Shown here in pieces: positions 9,584 to 19,540 of a DNA stretch of 64,000 nt. The stretch is from a virus (Duplodnaviria; Caudoviricetes). Each line of letters starts with the position of its first letter. Positions within the stretch are counted from its first letter, which is position 1. Under the pieces are notes generated by a model. That model saw only the letters and a program-made list of their open reading frames with translations, did no database searches and was not told the origin of the DNA. Both the position numbers and the translations under genes were made by a program. Location: positions 6,521 through 70,520 of IMG/VR virus record IMGVR_UViG_3300015370_001134. One strand, 5' to 3'.

Positions 9584-10150
9584 TTATTCCAGAGCCTCAA
9601 CGCGGGTATAGAGTTCCGCCAGTGCCGCTTCCACGGTAGAGACACTGGTGTGTCCATCCCCGTCTGCAATGCTGATGGCAGAGGCTGCATGCGCGCCGGT
9701 GGCATCAGACAGATGAGAGGCAACATCGGTCTGCTTTACCGCAGGGGTGATGTCAACATATGCCAGGGTGGTGGTGACAAATTCTGCAATCACACCGCAG
9801 AAAATATCATTGGTGACATTGGCTGCCAGATCCACGGTCTGATCATCCTCAATGTAGACCTGATCCCCGACATTGGCCTGGGTGATGGCAGTGCCCAGTG
9901 TCATCAGGTGCATGCCGTCTTTTTCAAATTCTGCTACAAGATCACCGGCATCGCCGCTGGTGTTGTCCTGGGGTGCCTTGCAGATCCCGGCAAAGATTAA
10001 TCCTGCGGTGTCCGCGCCTGCAACCAGATATCCGGCAGCGTTAAAGCAGAGCATGGCACCGCCATACAGCTTGGTGGATGCCGCAATGAGACCCTGACCG
10101 ATCTTGCCGTCCTTGCGCCGGGTGTCCCTGTCTTTTGTTAATGCAGTCAT
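9584..10150 (-). CDS. Head decoration / cement protein
   Basis: MTALTKDRDT start, YIEDDQTV motif; between protease and major capsid genes. Confidence 0.6.
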   Translation of the reverse strand: MTALTKDRDTRRKDGKIGQGLIAASTKLYGGAMLCFNAAGYLVAGADTAGLIFAGICKAPQDNTSGDAGDLVAEFEKDGMHLMTLGTAITQANVGDQVYIEDDQTVDLAANVTNDIFCGVIAEFVTTTLAYVDITPAVKQTDVASHLSDATGAHAASAISIADGDGHTSVSTVEAALAELYTRVEALE

Positions 10151-10187
10151 GTTCGTTCTCCTCTAAATTTTTTTGATAAAAAGATTG

Positions 10188-10727
10188 CTAACCGTTGTAT
10201 TTTTTAACGTCTGCCAGATCCACGCCCATCAGGCTGGCCACGTTTTTCACAGCGTCATCTGCCACAACAGTGTCAGCTTCCTGTTTTTTGCCCGGCAGCT
10301 TGTCCAGGGGAACCACCACCGGGGCTGCAGCCACAAATGCCGCAAAGCCTTTCAAGTCATCCTTGGCATATTTGGTGGCCCAGTCTTTCTGGTTCGGGGC
10401 AATCTTGCCTGCATTCATGGCCGCAATTACCGCATCACCGGCTTTATTTTCAGCCAGTTCATTCTGCAACGCTTCAAACTCCTGGCGGGATACACTGGTG
10501 TCTTTTGTCTGGTTCAGCGCATGGATGTTTGCCACCACGATGGACGCATCCGCACCCGCTTCCAGTTTTAACGCAGCAGTAATCGCTTCAGGAATAACTT
10601 CCTTGACCACTTCTTTTGCCTGGCCTTCCGGCGTTTTGACACCGGCTTTGGCGATGACCACCAGGATGTCCGCATCTGTCGCAGTTGCGTCAAGTCCCAG
10701 GGCGGCGATCAATTGTTCACGAGTCAT
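10188..10727 (-). CDS. Internal in-frame scaffold protein Z (MTREQLIAALGL...)
   Basis: AAGGAG RBS 6 nt before an internal ATG at 10727; matches the Mu I/Z arrangement. Confidence 0.6.
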   Translation of the reverse strand: MTREQLIAALGLDATATDADILVVIAKAGVKTPEGQAKEVVKEVIPEAITAALKLEAGADASIVVANIHALNQTKDTSVSRQEFEALQNELAENKAGDAVIAAMNAGKIAPNQKDWATKYAKDDLKGFAAFVAAAPVVVPLDKLPGKKQEADTVVADDAVKNVASLMGVDLADVKKYNG

Positions 10728-11219
10728 TGTCTTCTCCTTGTTGTTGTCCGGTTTCAGTCCGGCTTCAAGCCGGGCCAGAATCGGGGTTAAATGGGTTGTT
10801 TTGGGTCTATTGGTTAATGCAACGCTGTCCAGGCCGCACACCCGGTGATCGGATTTACGGACGAAAAACACCGGGGAAAAATAGCGGTATTCTTTGGCAG
10901 CAATGAATTGTGATGCCTTGCTGGTCCATTCCACACGGGCCTTGATGCCCACATTGTCCTCCCAGATCAGATCCTTGATCCATCCGGCTGCCGGAGCAGC
11001 TTGTTTTTCCAGAGAGGCATGCTCATAATCAAAATGCACTTCGTTTCCCCGCGAAGCAATCAGCGCCTGAACCAGATCAAAAGAGGTCTTGTCCACAAAA
11101 AACCTTGCGCCATCCGCCAGCTTTCCCCATCCTGCAGCAAACAGCAGCATCCATTCCGGTGCAAGATCAGAGTCTTTGTTGATTTTGGAAATCAGATGTA
11201 AAATTCTATGCATTGTCAC
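10188..11219 (-). CDS. Mu-like prohead protease I with C-terminal scaffold (Z) domain
   Basis: HFDYEHAS, AAGWI, EYRYFSPVF, ALTNRP protease motifs; Ala-rich scaffold C-half. Confidence 0.9.
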   Translation of the reverse strand: MTMHRILHLISKINKDSDLAPEWMLLFAAGWGKLADGARFFVDKTSFDLVQALIASRGNEVHFDYEHASLEKQAAPAAGWIKDLIWEDNVGIKARVEWTSKASQFIAAKEYRYFSPVFFVRKSDHRVCGLDSVALTNRPKTTHLTPILARLEAGLKPDNNKEKTMTREQLIAALGLDATATDADILVVIAKAGVKTPEGQAKEVVKEVIPEAITAALKLEAGADASIVVANIHALNQTKDTSVSRQEFEALQNELAENKAGDAVIAAMNAGKIAPNQKDWATKYAKDDLKGFAAFVAAAPVVVPLDKLPGKKQEADTVVADDAVKNVASLMGVDLADVKKYNG

Positions 11220-11929
11220 GCTCCATTTAAAAAGTTTTTGCCCTGGCCCACGTTGTAATCCCAGCCCGGATCAATCCCCACCGGCACCTGATGTTTGTTG
11301 CCCTTGCTGTCTTCCCATGTCCGGTATTCAATTTTTGGTGCAGTGTCCGGGGCCTGCCTGCCTTGTTTTTCCAGATCCCGCTGGCTGAGTGTCACCACCC
11401 GGCATTTGCAGCCCCAGCCGTTTGGCGGATAGTGCGTGTTCCAGAAGGGATCATCATGGGGCAGGATCATGCCGTCCCATGCCAGGTGTTCTTCTCTTGG
11501 ATTGACAGATCCGCCATGCTGATACTGCCAGTAAGGTCGAAGCGCCACCACGTCCGGATCTGTCATCTGCTGATAGCGTCCGGCCTGATAGGCGGTTCTT
11601 AAATTCGTGTCGTAAATAACCTTGGACCGCCAGTTACGTCCGCCTTTATGTACCCAGCCGTATTGCTCGACAATGCTGCCAAAGTCTTTTCTGAACTGTG
11701 CCAGGGTGGTGCCTTCTGATATGGCCTTATCAACGGCGGTTCGCAGATCGTTCAGCAGCTCTTCCTGCATGGCTCCGGCAACGGTGAATGCTTTGGTGTG
11801 CATCAGCGTCCACAGATCATCCCAGTGTTTTGATGGGATATTCAGCTTTGCCCTGAAAAACGCAATGGCCTCATCAAAGGGTTTGCCGCCGTATATCTGC
11901 AGGATATCATTCATCTGTGTCCACCTCAT
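11216..11929 (-). CDS. Head morphogenesis protein (Mu gpF/gp30 family)
   Basis: YDTNLRTAYQAGRY, DDPFWNTHYPPNGWGCKCRV motif. Confidence 0.9.
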   Translation of the reverse strand: MRWTQMNDILQIYGGKPFDEAIAFFRAKLNIPSKHWDDLWTLMHTKAFTVAGAMQEELLNDLRTAVDKAISEGTTLAQFRKDFGSIVEQYGWVHKGGRNWRSKVIYDTNLRTAYQAGRYQQMTDPDVVALRPYWQYQHGGSVNPREEHLAWDGMILPHDDPFWNTHYPPNGWGCKCRVVTLSQRDLEKQGRQAPDTAPKIEYRTWEDSKGNKHQVPVGIDPGWDYNVGQGKNFLNGA

Positions 11930-13472
11930 ACCGACCCATCAGTTCTGCCACTGCCAGGGCTTTTGCAATCAGTTCACCCAGATCATCGGGTTTCATGCCG
12001 GAATATGCGTCCATCAGGTTGGATTTGAGCGTCTTCAGTGAATCAGATTCTGCCATGATCTTTTCAATGGGTTTGAGCATATTCTGAATATGATCGTCCG
12101 CCTGTTCCCCCAGATGACCCGAAACCATATCGAGAATGTCGAGATTTTGCTTTCTCGCATTATTTGGGGCCTTGGCTATATAACGGGGCGCATTTTCCAG
12201 CGAAGCCGCAAAAGGGCTATTTTTTGCGCGCAACACTTCTTCCCCTTTCTGGGGCTCCGGAATGCTGTATTTTTTGCGCACATGGGATACCGGGATATCC
12301 ATCCGGTCTGCAAACTTATCCAGGATATCTGCATGATCCTTTGCATCATCTGCTTTAAATGATCCCTCATATTTGGGCACCGGCGTATCCCAGCCGTAAT
12401 TGAATCCGACATAGGGCCGGATAAACTGGTTGCGGACAGTTGCTGCAATGGCCCGGCAGTCTGCATTGATCAGATCGATTCGCACATCATTATGAACAGT
12501 GCCCAGGGCATAGCTGCCCTTGCCGTCAGAATCTGCCGTCAGAGTGCTGCCAAGGATGGCTTTTGACATTTCCTTGTTGCCGAACCGAGCCAGGTTTTCA
12601 TACAGATCTGCAGAAACAGATCCGCTGTTGCTGGTAATTAACTCAATCTCTGTGGCTTTGGAGATAATACCGGCAGCATCTGACCCAAGGGTGCGCACTG
12701 CTATTTCAAGCGCGTCCTTGTCATCCTTGCTGGCTCCGGTGTCGTATTTACCCAGGCGCAGCGGCATGCCGTAAACTTCACAGAAAATCACCCAGTCCTT
12801 GATGGCATAATTTTTAAACAGATACCACCAGGCGCAGATCCGATAGATGCCGGAGCGCACCACATTGCCGGACTTGCCGCCATACCGGTGCATCATTATT
12901 TTCCATGCCGGGATATCAATCCCCATGGGATCATTGTCTGTGACCAGCCGGGGCACCTTGGACATAACTCCGGATTTATCAACAAATAAAAATCGCTTCT
13001 GCTCGATGAAATCAAACTTTTCAACCTTTGCCTGGCCTTCGGATACATCCCACTGCTGTTCAAGGGATGCAAAGCCCTTGCCCACAGAATCCTGCAAAGA
13101 CACCAGGATGTCCGGCCAGTCTGTGATATCAGACATCATCTGCGCCACATCTTCCATGACCTTGACATCCCGTGCATCATCGCTGGCAGGCGCCAGCACA
13201 AAATCTGCATCCAGGATCACGTTCTTGCGCTTGCTGGTTTCTCCGGTGACATGGGCGTCCTTTTCTTCAAGCTGGTCAAACAGTTCTGCCTGGCGGCTCA
13301 GATTACCCGCGTCAGCTTCCTTTAAAACAGCCGCCAGCCGATGCGGGGTTAAACCGTCTGCCACATAATCCCGGAAGGCGTCGGTCAGTGGTGCAGATGC
13401 CAGAGGTCGCTGATCCGGTTTTTTTGCTGCCCGTTCAATGGGCCTGCCAAATTGATCGTACAGGGTTATCAT
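11907..13472 (-). CDS. Portal protein (Mu gp29, DUF935)
   Basis: FCEVYGMPLRLGKY, MSKAILGSTLT, SYALGTVHNDVR motifs. Confidence 0.9.
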   Translation of the reverse strand: MITLYDQFGRPIERAAKKPDQRPLASAPLTDAFRDYVADGLTPHRLAAVLKEADAGNLSRQAELFDQLEEKDAHVTGETSKRKNVILDADFVLAPASDDARDVKVMEDVAQMMSDITDWPDILVSLQDSVGKGFASLEQQWDVSEGQAKVEKFDFIEQKRFLFVDKSGVMSKVPRLVTDNDPMGIDIPAWKIMMHRYGGKSGNVVRSGIYRICAWWYLFKNYAIKDWVIFCEVYGMPLRLGKYDTGASKDDKDALEIAVRTLGSDAAGIISKATEIELITSNSGSVSADLYENLARFGNKEMSKAILGSTLTADSDGKGSYALGTVHNDVRIDLINADCRAIAATVRNQFIRPYVGFNYGWDTPVPKYEGSFKADDAKDHADILDKFADRMDIPVSHVRKKYSIPEPQKGEEVLRAKNSPFAASLENAPRYIAKAPNNARKQNLDILDMVSGHLGEQADDHIQNMLKPIEKIMAESDSLKTLKSNLMDAYSGMKPDDLGELIAKALAVAELMGRYEVDTDE

Positions 13473-14968
13473 TACCAGGCTCCCTTTTTTGAAAATCTTC
13501 GTTTAACGGTGGATTTGTATTCGACTTCACCGGCTCCCTTAAGTTCCCTGACTGCATATATAGCCAGGGCATGTGCAATGCCAGCATCACCATGGCGCTG
13601 TCCGCCATCACGCCCCGTTGTTCTCCCGGTGTCCGGCACCTTGGCAATCCCCTTGATCATTTTAATGGCCCTGTGATCATCCTGGATATCGCCATCTTTA
13701 GGGATAAAAGTTTCTTTATCTTCAAATGCAGACTTGAACCGGGGCATATTTTCCAGATACCATCCTTGAGTCAGGTAGACTTCCAGAATCCGGCTCTGTC
13801 CATATTCCTGACGGGCCACTTCTGCCAGATACTGGCCATTCCCCCTGGCATCCAGTGCAGCACCCCTGAACCTGGGCAACCGATCGCAAATATAAAACAG
13901 CACTTGTTTTTGCTGTTCAAAGGGAACGTTCCTGAGCTCAAGCACAAAGGGTGCTCTGTGTTTTAAGCCCGGTTGCTCCTGGAACGGCCATTGAATGGAA
14001 AGGTCACCAGACCGGCCAAAATCCTCACCAAGATAGGAGGGATAATTTTCAGGCATGGCATCAAGCAATGATTTTAAATTTTCTTCACACCATTCATTGA
14101 TCTCAGTTTCCCGAATATGTTTTGGCTCATCCACAAACTCTGGTGCGCATTTAAGTTTTACAATGGGGATTGTTTTATCCTCGCAGGATTCCAACATTGC
14201 CAAAGGAAGGAATGCACCACCACCATGGGAAGGGATGCAAAACAATTCTTCATCCGCTCCATCACCATAAAACTGGATGGTTTCTTTACGCCATTTGTCC
14301 TGGGCCTCCTGGGTCCAGTTTTTACCCAGCCGCAAACAAATCCGTTTATACAGCCCATCATCCAGGGCATCATCAAAAGTGATTCTGTGAAGGCTGTAAG
14401 GTTTTTTACCGGCACGGATTTCTTTGATGATTTCGTTGAAGGTGTTTTCATCGCCATTGTGGGTGGATATGATCACCACCTGACCACCCCACATCAGCAA
14501 GGCCAGTGCTGCCTTTAACAACCCTTTTAAATCGTCATGGAATGCAGCTTCATCAATAACAACCTTGCCCTGCATACCTCTCAAATTTGATGGTCTTGAA
14601 GACAGTGCTACGATTTTATGTCCGGATGCAAACTTGATACGGAAAGTGATAATATCCTTGTCTTCATCCTTAAAAACATATTCCTCAACTTCGGTGGCCG
14701 CTTTGTTGTAATGCTTAGCCCAGTCAGCGCAATCATTGATAAATTCCTGAGCCATATCTTTGTTGTAACCCACATAGAAAACATCCATCCCGCTTTTAGA
14801 TGCTGCAAGCAGTGCATCTTCACTGGCTTCGTCCCAAGACAAACCAATTCGTCTGGATTTTTCAATAACTTTTACCCTGGATTGATCCTTCTGCCATTCA
14901 ACCTGATACGGCAGCAGCACCATGGGCGTCCGCTTTGAACGATCCTCCATGACATGGGACAGGGTCAT
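13472..14968 (-). CDS. Terminase large subunit (Mu gp28-like)
   Basis: LLPYQ, EKSRRIGLSW Walker A, IDEAAFH Walker B, LGEDFGRSGD nuclease motif, RHGDAGIA. Confidence 0.92.
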   Translation of the reverse strand: MTLSHVMEDRSKRTPMVLLPYQVEWQKDQSRVKVIEKSRRIGLSWDEASEDALLAASKSGMDVFYVGYNKDMAQEFINDCADWAKHYNKAATEVEEYVFKDEDKDIITFRIKFASGHKIVALSSRPSNLRGMQGKVVIDEAAFHDDLKGLLKAALALLMWGGQVVIISTHNGDENTFNEIIKEIRAGKKPYSLHRITFDDALDDGLYKRICLRLGKNWTQEAQDKWRKETIQFYGDGADEELFCIPSHGGGAFLPLAMLESCEDKTIPIVKLKCAPEFVDEPKHIRETEINEWCEENLKSLLDAMPENYPSYLGEDFGRSGDLSIQWPFQEQPGLKHRAPFVLELRNVPFEQQKQVLFYICDRLPRFRGAALDARGNGQYLAEVARQEYGQSRILEVYLTQGWYLENMPRFKSAFEDKETFIPKDGDIQDDHRAIKMIKGIAKVPDTGRTTGRDGGQRHGDAGIAHALAIYAVRELKGAGEVEYKSTVKRRFSKKGAW

Positions 14969-15558
14969 GATTTCACCCCAAGTATCTGCCGCCGGATCAT
15001 ATCTGCAGCTTCATCTGACAGACCCCCCTGGACCTTGTCTTCTTCGGCTTCCGGCGCATATTTGACTTTCATCTGGTCGATCAGCTCCATGGTCTGCTTA
15101 AGTTCCCTGATCTGGGAGAGCTGCAGGATATCCGGCTGTGCCAGCATTTTGTTCAGCTTGAGTTCCACCACCTCCTGGAGCGCTGCCACGGCATCCTCCG
15201 GGGTGTTGATATTTTTGAGTTTTTCCGGCGCGGATACCGCTGTGTCCGAATCTGATGATTTTCTTGTTGCGGCAACCGCTTTTTCTACCGCTGCCCATGC
15301 ATACACCTGCTGTGGATCGCCGGTTGCCAAAGCGGCCTTTACCAGCTTGGAACGCAGCAGCACAGAATCGCGCTTAATTGAGCTGAGGGCTTCCCTGTAT
15401 TCTTTTCTGGCCCCTGTCCAGTCTTCATCCAGTCCCCAGCGTTTCAGCTGGGAGACAGATACGCCTGTTGACTCGGCCACATAATCATAGGTCCTGCCCT
15501 CAGTCACAAACTGCTCTTTGGCGATCTCACGGATTTCATATGAATATCCGTCAGGCAT
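14965..15558 (-). CDS. Putative terminase small subunit
   Basis: N-terminal HTH (YVAESTGVSVSQLKRW); directly upstream of TerL. Confidence 0.65.
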   Translation of the reverse strand: MPDGYSYEIREIAKEQFVTEGRTYDYVAESTGVSVSQLKRWGLDEDWTGARKEYREALSSIKRDSVLLRSKLVKAALATGDPQQVYAWAAVEKAVAATRKSSDSDTAVSAPEKLKNINTPEDAVAALQEVVELKLNKMLAQPDILQLSQIRELKQTMELIDQMKVKYAPEAEEDKVQGGLSDEAADMIRRQILGVKS

Positions 15559-15812
15559 TATCTGATCCCCAGAGAATCGTTCAGTGCTTTGATTTCACGG
15601 CATAAAGCCTGGTACCGAATCAGTTTGTCGCAGATCTCAAAGGCTTGTTCCTGAACCAGATCCTGGTTGATGTCTGATATGGGTACATGGGGATTCAGTT
15701 CTGACCGGATGCTGTGACGCAATCCGGAGATCGACAGCTCAAGCCGTTTTGCTTCCTGGAGTTTTTCCTGCCGCTGCCCCTGCCAAATCAATCGTTCCTG
15801 GCTCATTTGCAC
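15558..15812 (-). CDS. Mu-like late hypothetical protein (coiled-coil)
   Basis: Translationally coupled within the late operon. Confidence 0.55.
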   Translation of the reverse strand: MQMSQERLIWQGQRQEKLQEAKRLELSISGLRHSIRSELNPHVPISDINQDLVQEQAFEICDKLIRYQALCREIKALNDSLGIR

Positions 15813-16102
15813 ACCTCTTTGTCGATTCTGTCCACAAGTTTTGTCATGACTGTGGTGTTCATGACGATAATGTCCTTCAGATCTCCGGCAAAACCTTGAT
15901 ACAGCCTGACAAGCTCGACGTTATTTTCATACATCCGTCGTTGTTCCTGCATATCTTCCCGGTATTGAGCCAGTGTTTTGTCGATCTGCTGTTTGTCGAA
16001 GTACCAGAAAATCAGGATGATTCCGATTGCGCCCAGGCTTAAAACCATCTCAATAATTTTATACGCCTGCGGTGCAGCCAATACAGTTGCAGGGTCCATC
16101 AT
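15803..16102 (-). CDS. Membrane protein, possible holin / Mu gp25-like
   Basis: Single hydrophobic segment (VLSLGAIGIILIFWYF); directly after the endolysin. Confidence 0.45.
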   Translation of the reverse strand: MMDPATVLAAPQAYKIIEMVLSLGAIGIILIFWYFDKQQIDKTLAQYREDMQEQRRMYENNVELVRLYQGFAGDLKDIIVMNTTVMTKLVDRIDKEVCK

Positions 16103-16518
16103 CCCTCCTTTTGAGTGCTTAAAAGTTCGTAGTGTGCCAGATCGTTAAAAAACTGATCATTGACATCGCGATCCATGTCCCAGTCACCGCCCCAGCGGAT
16201 CTGGATGCCCAGGTCTTTTGCCCGGCTCAGCACATAACCGGCAAACACATAAAACTGGTTGGGTTCGTCCCATGGGATGCCCTTGTCTTCAAAATACGGC
16301 CCGGCATCAACAGCCATTGACGGCATGGGATTGTGCTTGCTGTTCGGCCACTTGAGTTTTGACCTGCCCTGTTGATAACGTACGTTCTGCTCTCTGCGGG
16401 CTCTGTGTCCGTCTATAATGGCGCAATCATAATCCTTGATGACATCATTGAAGAGTTTCTGGAGCAGCGGGTGGCAGGTGCTGAGTTTGTCCTGTGATTT
16501 TAGTGAGAATTTAGACAT
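16099..16518 (-). CDS. Endolysin, M15 family L-Ala-D-Glu peptidase
   Basis: SKHNPMPSMAVDA (H...D zinc ligands), IRWGGDW, DLAHYEL; start refined to MSKFSLKS. Confidence 0.88.
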   Translation of the reverse strand: MSKFSLKSQDKLSTCHPLLQKLFNDVIKDYDCAIIDGHRARREQNVRYQQGRSKLKWPNSKHNPMPSMAVDAGPYFEDKGIPWDEPNQFYVFAGYVLSRAKDLGIQIRWGGDWDMDRDVNDQFFNDLAHYELLSTQKEG

Positions 16519-16629
16519 TACATTGTGGCCTCCTGGATTCAAAATTAATAATCAAATCATTCCATTTGACTGTAAAATATGCCCAGGATTTACCACTCTG
16601 ATTGTAGGATGTTACAGGAAGATATTTCA

Positions 16630-16674
16630 AAAAAACACTTCACCCGATACTGAAGGATTCAGCACCGGGTGAAG
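16630..16674 (-). terminator. Rho-independent terminator between the middle region and the lysis/late genes
   Basis: CTTCACCCG...CGGGTGAAG stem with an inner CTGAA/TTCAG stem, followed by a T-run on the minus strand. Confidence 0.6.
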
Positions 16675-16712
16675 GTTGGAAGGTTAATTATTTTGTATTA
16701 TAAAGCGTAATG

Positions 16713-16955
16713 TTAAAGTTCAGCGGTGCGGGGGCAATGACAACCAAAACAGTTCTCAATGTCAAGTTTATTTTGGAATCCACACTCGCAAACCCAGACA
16801 ATAGCATCCGTTTGCAACTTTTTATTATTTTTCTCGTAATCGGAGTGAACCTGTTGAGCAACTTCATTTGCTACTTGTTGCAAAGCGCTTAGCAATGATC
16901 TACTATTGGGCATACCAAGCCCTTTCATGATTTCTTTATATCTTGAATCTTTCAT
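16713..16955 (-). CDS. Hypothetical protein with C-terminal Cys4 zinc ribbon
   Basis: WVCECGFQNKLDIENCFGCHCP; RBS GGAGG. Confidence 0.55.
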   Translation of the reverse strand: MKDSRYKEIMKGLGMPNSRSLLSALQQVANEVAQQVHSDYEKNNKKLQTDAIVWVCECGFQNKLDIENCFGCHCPRTAEL

Positions 16956-17056
16956 AATTTAGTGCCTCCTAAAGTAAAAATAATAAGTAGTTATACAGGT
17001 TTGCTAAACATTCATTTTGTGGTGTTATCCAGATTACACACTATCTTTTATAAAAT

Positions 17057-17377
17057 TTAAAACATTTCAAGCTGTTTTTCGTTGACTTGCCGGTTCAGTC
17101 TTTTCTGATCCTGGAGGATCACACGGATATGCCGGGGCGTGAGTCCGTACCGGGCGGCAAGCTCGTCGATTGATACATTCTTTTCCTTGAACTCACGGTA
17201 GATCTTCCGGTCTCGGCCCATGCGGATCACGGATTCTGCTTTCGGGACATAGACAGAGTCACCACCAAAAATTTCAATATATTTTTTGGCGGCGTCTAAG
17301 CCGAAGGTTTCAACAAACAGTGACATATCCGTGTCACCTTTAAAATCTTCTGTTAAAACTTCATCCCAAGCGTTCAT
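17057..17377 (-). CDS. mor: Mor/C family transcription activator
   Basis: FGGDSVYVPK, RDRKIYREF, ELAARYGLTPRHIRVIL HTH. Confidence 0.88.
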   Translation of the reverse strand: MNAWDEVLTEDFKGDTDMSLFVETFGLDAAKKYIEIFGGDSVYVPKAESVIRMGRDRKIYREFKEKNVSIDELAARYGLTPRHIRVILQDQKRLNRQVNEKQLEMF

Positions 17378-17614
17378 TCAGAATAACTCCATTTGTTTAG
17401 GGTCAATTTTCTTCGCCGTGGGTTTTCTGGTTGCTTCATTGCAGGCTTTTCTCCAGGCCTTGTATCCAGACTTTGTATGCCCAAAAGGTATACGCAAGCC
17501 GTATTGCTGGTATCCCTGACGCAGAATCTGTCTGACATATCTTTCCTGTTTCAGGTTGACGCCTTGCAAAAGCTCATGCACCAGATCCCTGGCTGCCCGT
17601 ATCAAATTGCTCAC
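17378..17614 (-). CDS. Phage hypothetical protein (start refined to GTG 17614)
   Basis: GTG overlaps the stop of the upstream 52-aa ORF (GTGA coupling). Confidence 0.5.
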   Translation of the reverse strand: MSNLIRAARDLVHELLQGVNLKQERYVRQILRQGYQQYGLRIPFGHTKSGYKAWRKACNEATRKPTAKKIDPKQMELF

Positions 17615-17769
17615 GATCTTGCTCCCGGTATCAGATAGATTACAGCCAAATTCAGCAGCCCGGCTGCAAACCAGTAAACCGCAGGCCCCCATTGCCGGTT
17701 GATGGCATAGGGGACACATGCGGCAAATGATTCAATCATGATGATGGTGGGCAGGACTTGTAAAATCAT
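17611..17769 (-). CDS. Small hydrophobic protein (52 aa, MILQVLPTIIMIESFAACVPYAINRQWGPAVYWFAAGLLNLAVIYLIPGARS)
   Basis: Manual call; ATGA-coupled to the upstream gene and GTGA-coupled to the downstream gene. Confidence 0.55.
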   Translation of the reverse strand: MILQVLPTIIMIESFAACVPYAINRQWGPAVYWFAAGLLNLAVIYLIPGARS

Positions 17770-17963
17770 TGCCCGTGGCTCCGCTGGCTGTTTTCAAGCT
17801 GCCTGATTTTGGATTTAAGGATCTTGATCATGCCTTTCCGGTTGCCGTGTTTCAGTTCGTATCGGATGGCATTCTTGAGCAGCTCAAGATCGTCTGTATG
17901 ATAAAAAGAACTTCGGGCATCATCAATGGATGTGCAGCATATATTTGCAGGTGTTCTTTGCAT
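17766..17963 (-). CDS. Phage hypothetical protein (65 aa, start refined to MQRTPAN)
   Basis: AAGGAG RBS before ATG at 17963. Confidence 0.55.
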   Translation of the reverse strand: MQRTPANICCTSIDDARSSFYHTDDLELLKNAIRYELKHGNRKGMIKILKSKIRQLENSQRSHGQ

Positions 17964-17976
17964 AATGGTTTTCTCC

Positions 17977-18582
17977 TTATAACGATGCAAAATCAAGACT
18001 GATGTTTTTCCAGGCATCCTGGTTGCCGATGCGTTCATACAGGCGCATATAGGACTTGGAACCCACCACCTGCAGACTGTCGGATATTGCCTGCATGGCT
18101 TTGAGCCACAGCGGATCTTTGATATCCAGCCGCCGCAGGGCAAGGATGCGCCGGATATTGATCTTGCCTTCCTGGTTGACCTGGAATGCATCTGTGATGA
18201 TGGTCTTGATCTCGGATCGACTGCCTTCTGTCCAGTTGGTCAGGCATTCATCCACCATCTGTTTTGCCACCTGCAGCCGCTCATCAAATGTCATGTATTC
18301 CGCGATCTGCACCTGCACTTTGTATTTACCGTCAAAGCTCAGCAGGTTCAGGTTGCCTTTTTTGCCGCCAAGCTTCACATCATATTCCTGGGCAGAAAGA
18401 TCCACAAACGCCTCAATTTCAGACATGGCGTTGTTTTTATACTCGCCCATCTTTTTCTGTACAGCCAGGGCATTTTCAATCAGGTATTTGACAAGGCCGT
18501 CACGGGTTTTGTCGATCTCTTTGACCTGATCCATGTGCACCAGCCGCCCCTGGGCATCCATCATATAATCATCTAATTTCAT
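17977..18582 (-). CDS. DUF3164 family Mu-like early protein
   Basis: YMMDAQGRLV, GGKKGNLNLLSFDGKYKV, FDERLQVAKQMVDECL, ILALRRLDIKDPLW. Confidence 0.85.
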   Translation of the reverse strand: MKLDDYMMDAQGRLVHMDQVKEIDKTRDGLVKYLIENALAVQKKMGEYKNNAMSEIEAFVDLSAQEYDVKLGGKKGNLNLLSFDGKYKVQVQIAEYMTFDERLQVAKQMVDECLTNWTEGSRSEIKTIITDAFQVNQEGKINIRRILALRRLDIKDPLWLKAMQAISDSLQVVGSKSYMRLYERIGNQDAWKNISLDFASL

Positions 18583-19021
18583 GCTGCTCTTTCTCCTTTT
18601 TGCCTGACATTATAAGCCACATAGCCTGCTCGGTCGGTGTGCGCACATTGGCCCAGGCTTCATTCACCAGCCATTCGTGCAGGCATGTGTATTCGCTGAA
18701 ATCCAGCTCCAGAACCGCTGCTTTATCCTGGATCTCAACTTGTGGAGTTTCTGTTGACGTTACTACATCAGGTTCCTTGCTTTGAGTTCCTTTTACCTGG
18801 CTTTTCCGGCACCAGGATGACAGGCCGGTCTTGCTCCTTAAATCCTGATAAAAGGTGGAAAGATCCGCAGGGTGATAATCCTGGCATTTTGCACACCACT
18901 TTTTCTTTCCATTCTCTGTTAAAATGATCATTCTGCGTTTTTGTTGGGGCATTTGCTGTCTCCTTTTTTCATCAATGCGGGCCTGTAAAAATTTTCGAAA
19001 TGTGTCTAAGCTTGGTTTCAT
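18569..19021 (-). CDS. Phage early hypothetical protein with Cys motif
   Basis: KWCAKCQDYHP...FYQDLRSKTGLSSWCRK. Confidence 0.55.
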   Translation of the reverse strand: MKPSLDTFRKFLQARIDEKRRQQMPQQKRRMIILTENGKKKWCAKCQDYHPADLSTFYQDLRSKTGLSSWCRKSQVKGTQSKEPDVVTSTETPQVEIQDKAAVLELDFSEYTCLHEWLVNEAWANVRTPTEQAMWLIMSGKKEKEQHEIR

Positions 19022-19022
19022 T

Positions 19023-19457
19023 TCATGCTTTCCTTTTACGCTTCTGATAGACCGCCATCATCTGTACCAGCTTGTACAGCTCATCACCTTCCAGCCACTG
19101 GGCAGCATCCTTGCCAAATCGTTTTCTGGCAATGCTGTCCACATACGACCAGGGCAGATCCATATCCAGCAGCATAGCTTCCAGCTTTTTCATCAGCGCT
19201 TTTTTGTTTTTCGGCAGATTGCTGACCTTGCGGATGGTGCGGGTCTTTGTGGTGGTTTTAAAGCCCAGGGCCTCAAACTTTGACATGACCTGGTCAAATG
19301 TTCTGCTGTTCAGATCCTTTGATGATTCTGCGCCGACGCTGCCAAGCAGATCCCGATATTCATCCTCGGTCATTCCGGTCTGTGCCTTGGCAATATGGAT
19401 CACGGCTTTTTTGCTATTTGGGATCATTTTTGCCTTTCTCCTTGCGGAAAAAATCAA
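19023..19457 (-). CDS. gemA: GemA / Mu gp16 (DUF1018) protein
   Basis: IHIAKAQTGMTEDEYRDLL...SSKDL motif. Confidence 0.85.
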   Translation of the reverse strand: MIFSARRKAKMIPNSKKAVIHIAKAQTGMTEDEYRDLLGSVGAESSKDLNSRTFDQVMSKFEALGFKTTTKTRTIRKVSNLPKNKKALMKKLEAMLLDMDLPWSYVDSIARKRFGKDAAQWLEGDELYKLVQMMAVYQKRKRKA

Positions 19458-19540
19458 TTGTAAAATAAAGCAGGCTTAATCCGACACACTCCCGGTACAC
19501 CACCCATGGGTAAGCATCAGACCAGATCACGGCCCATATA

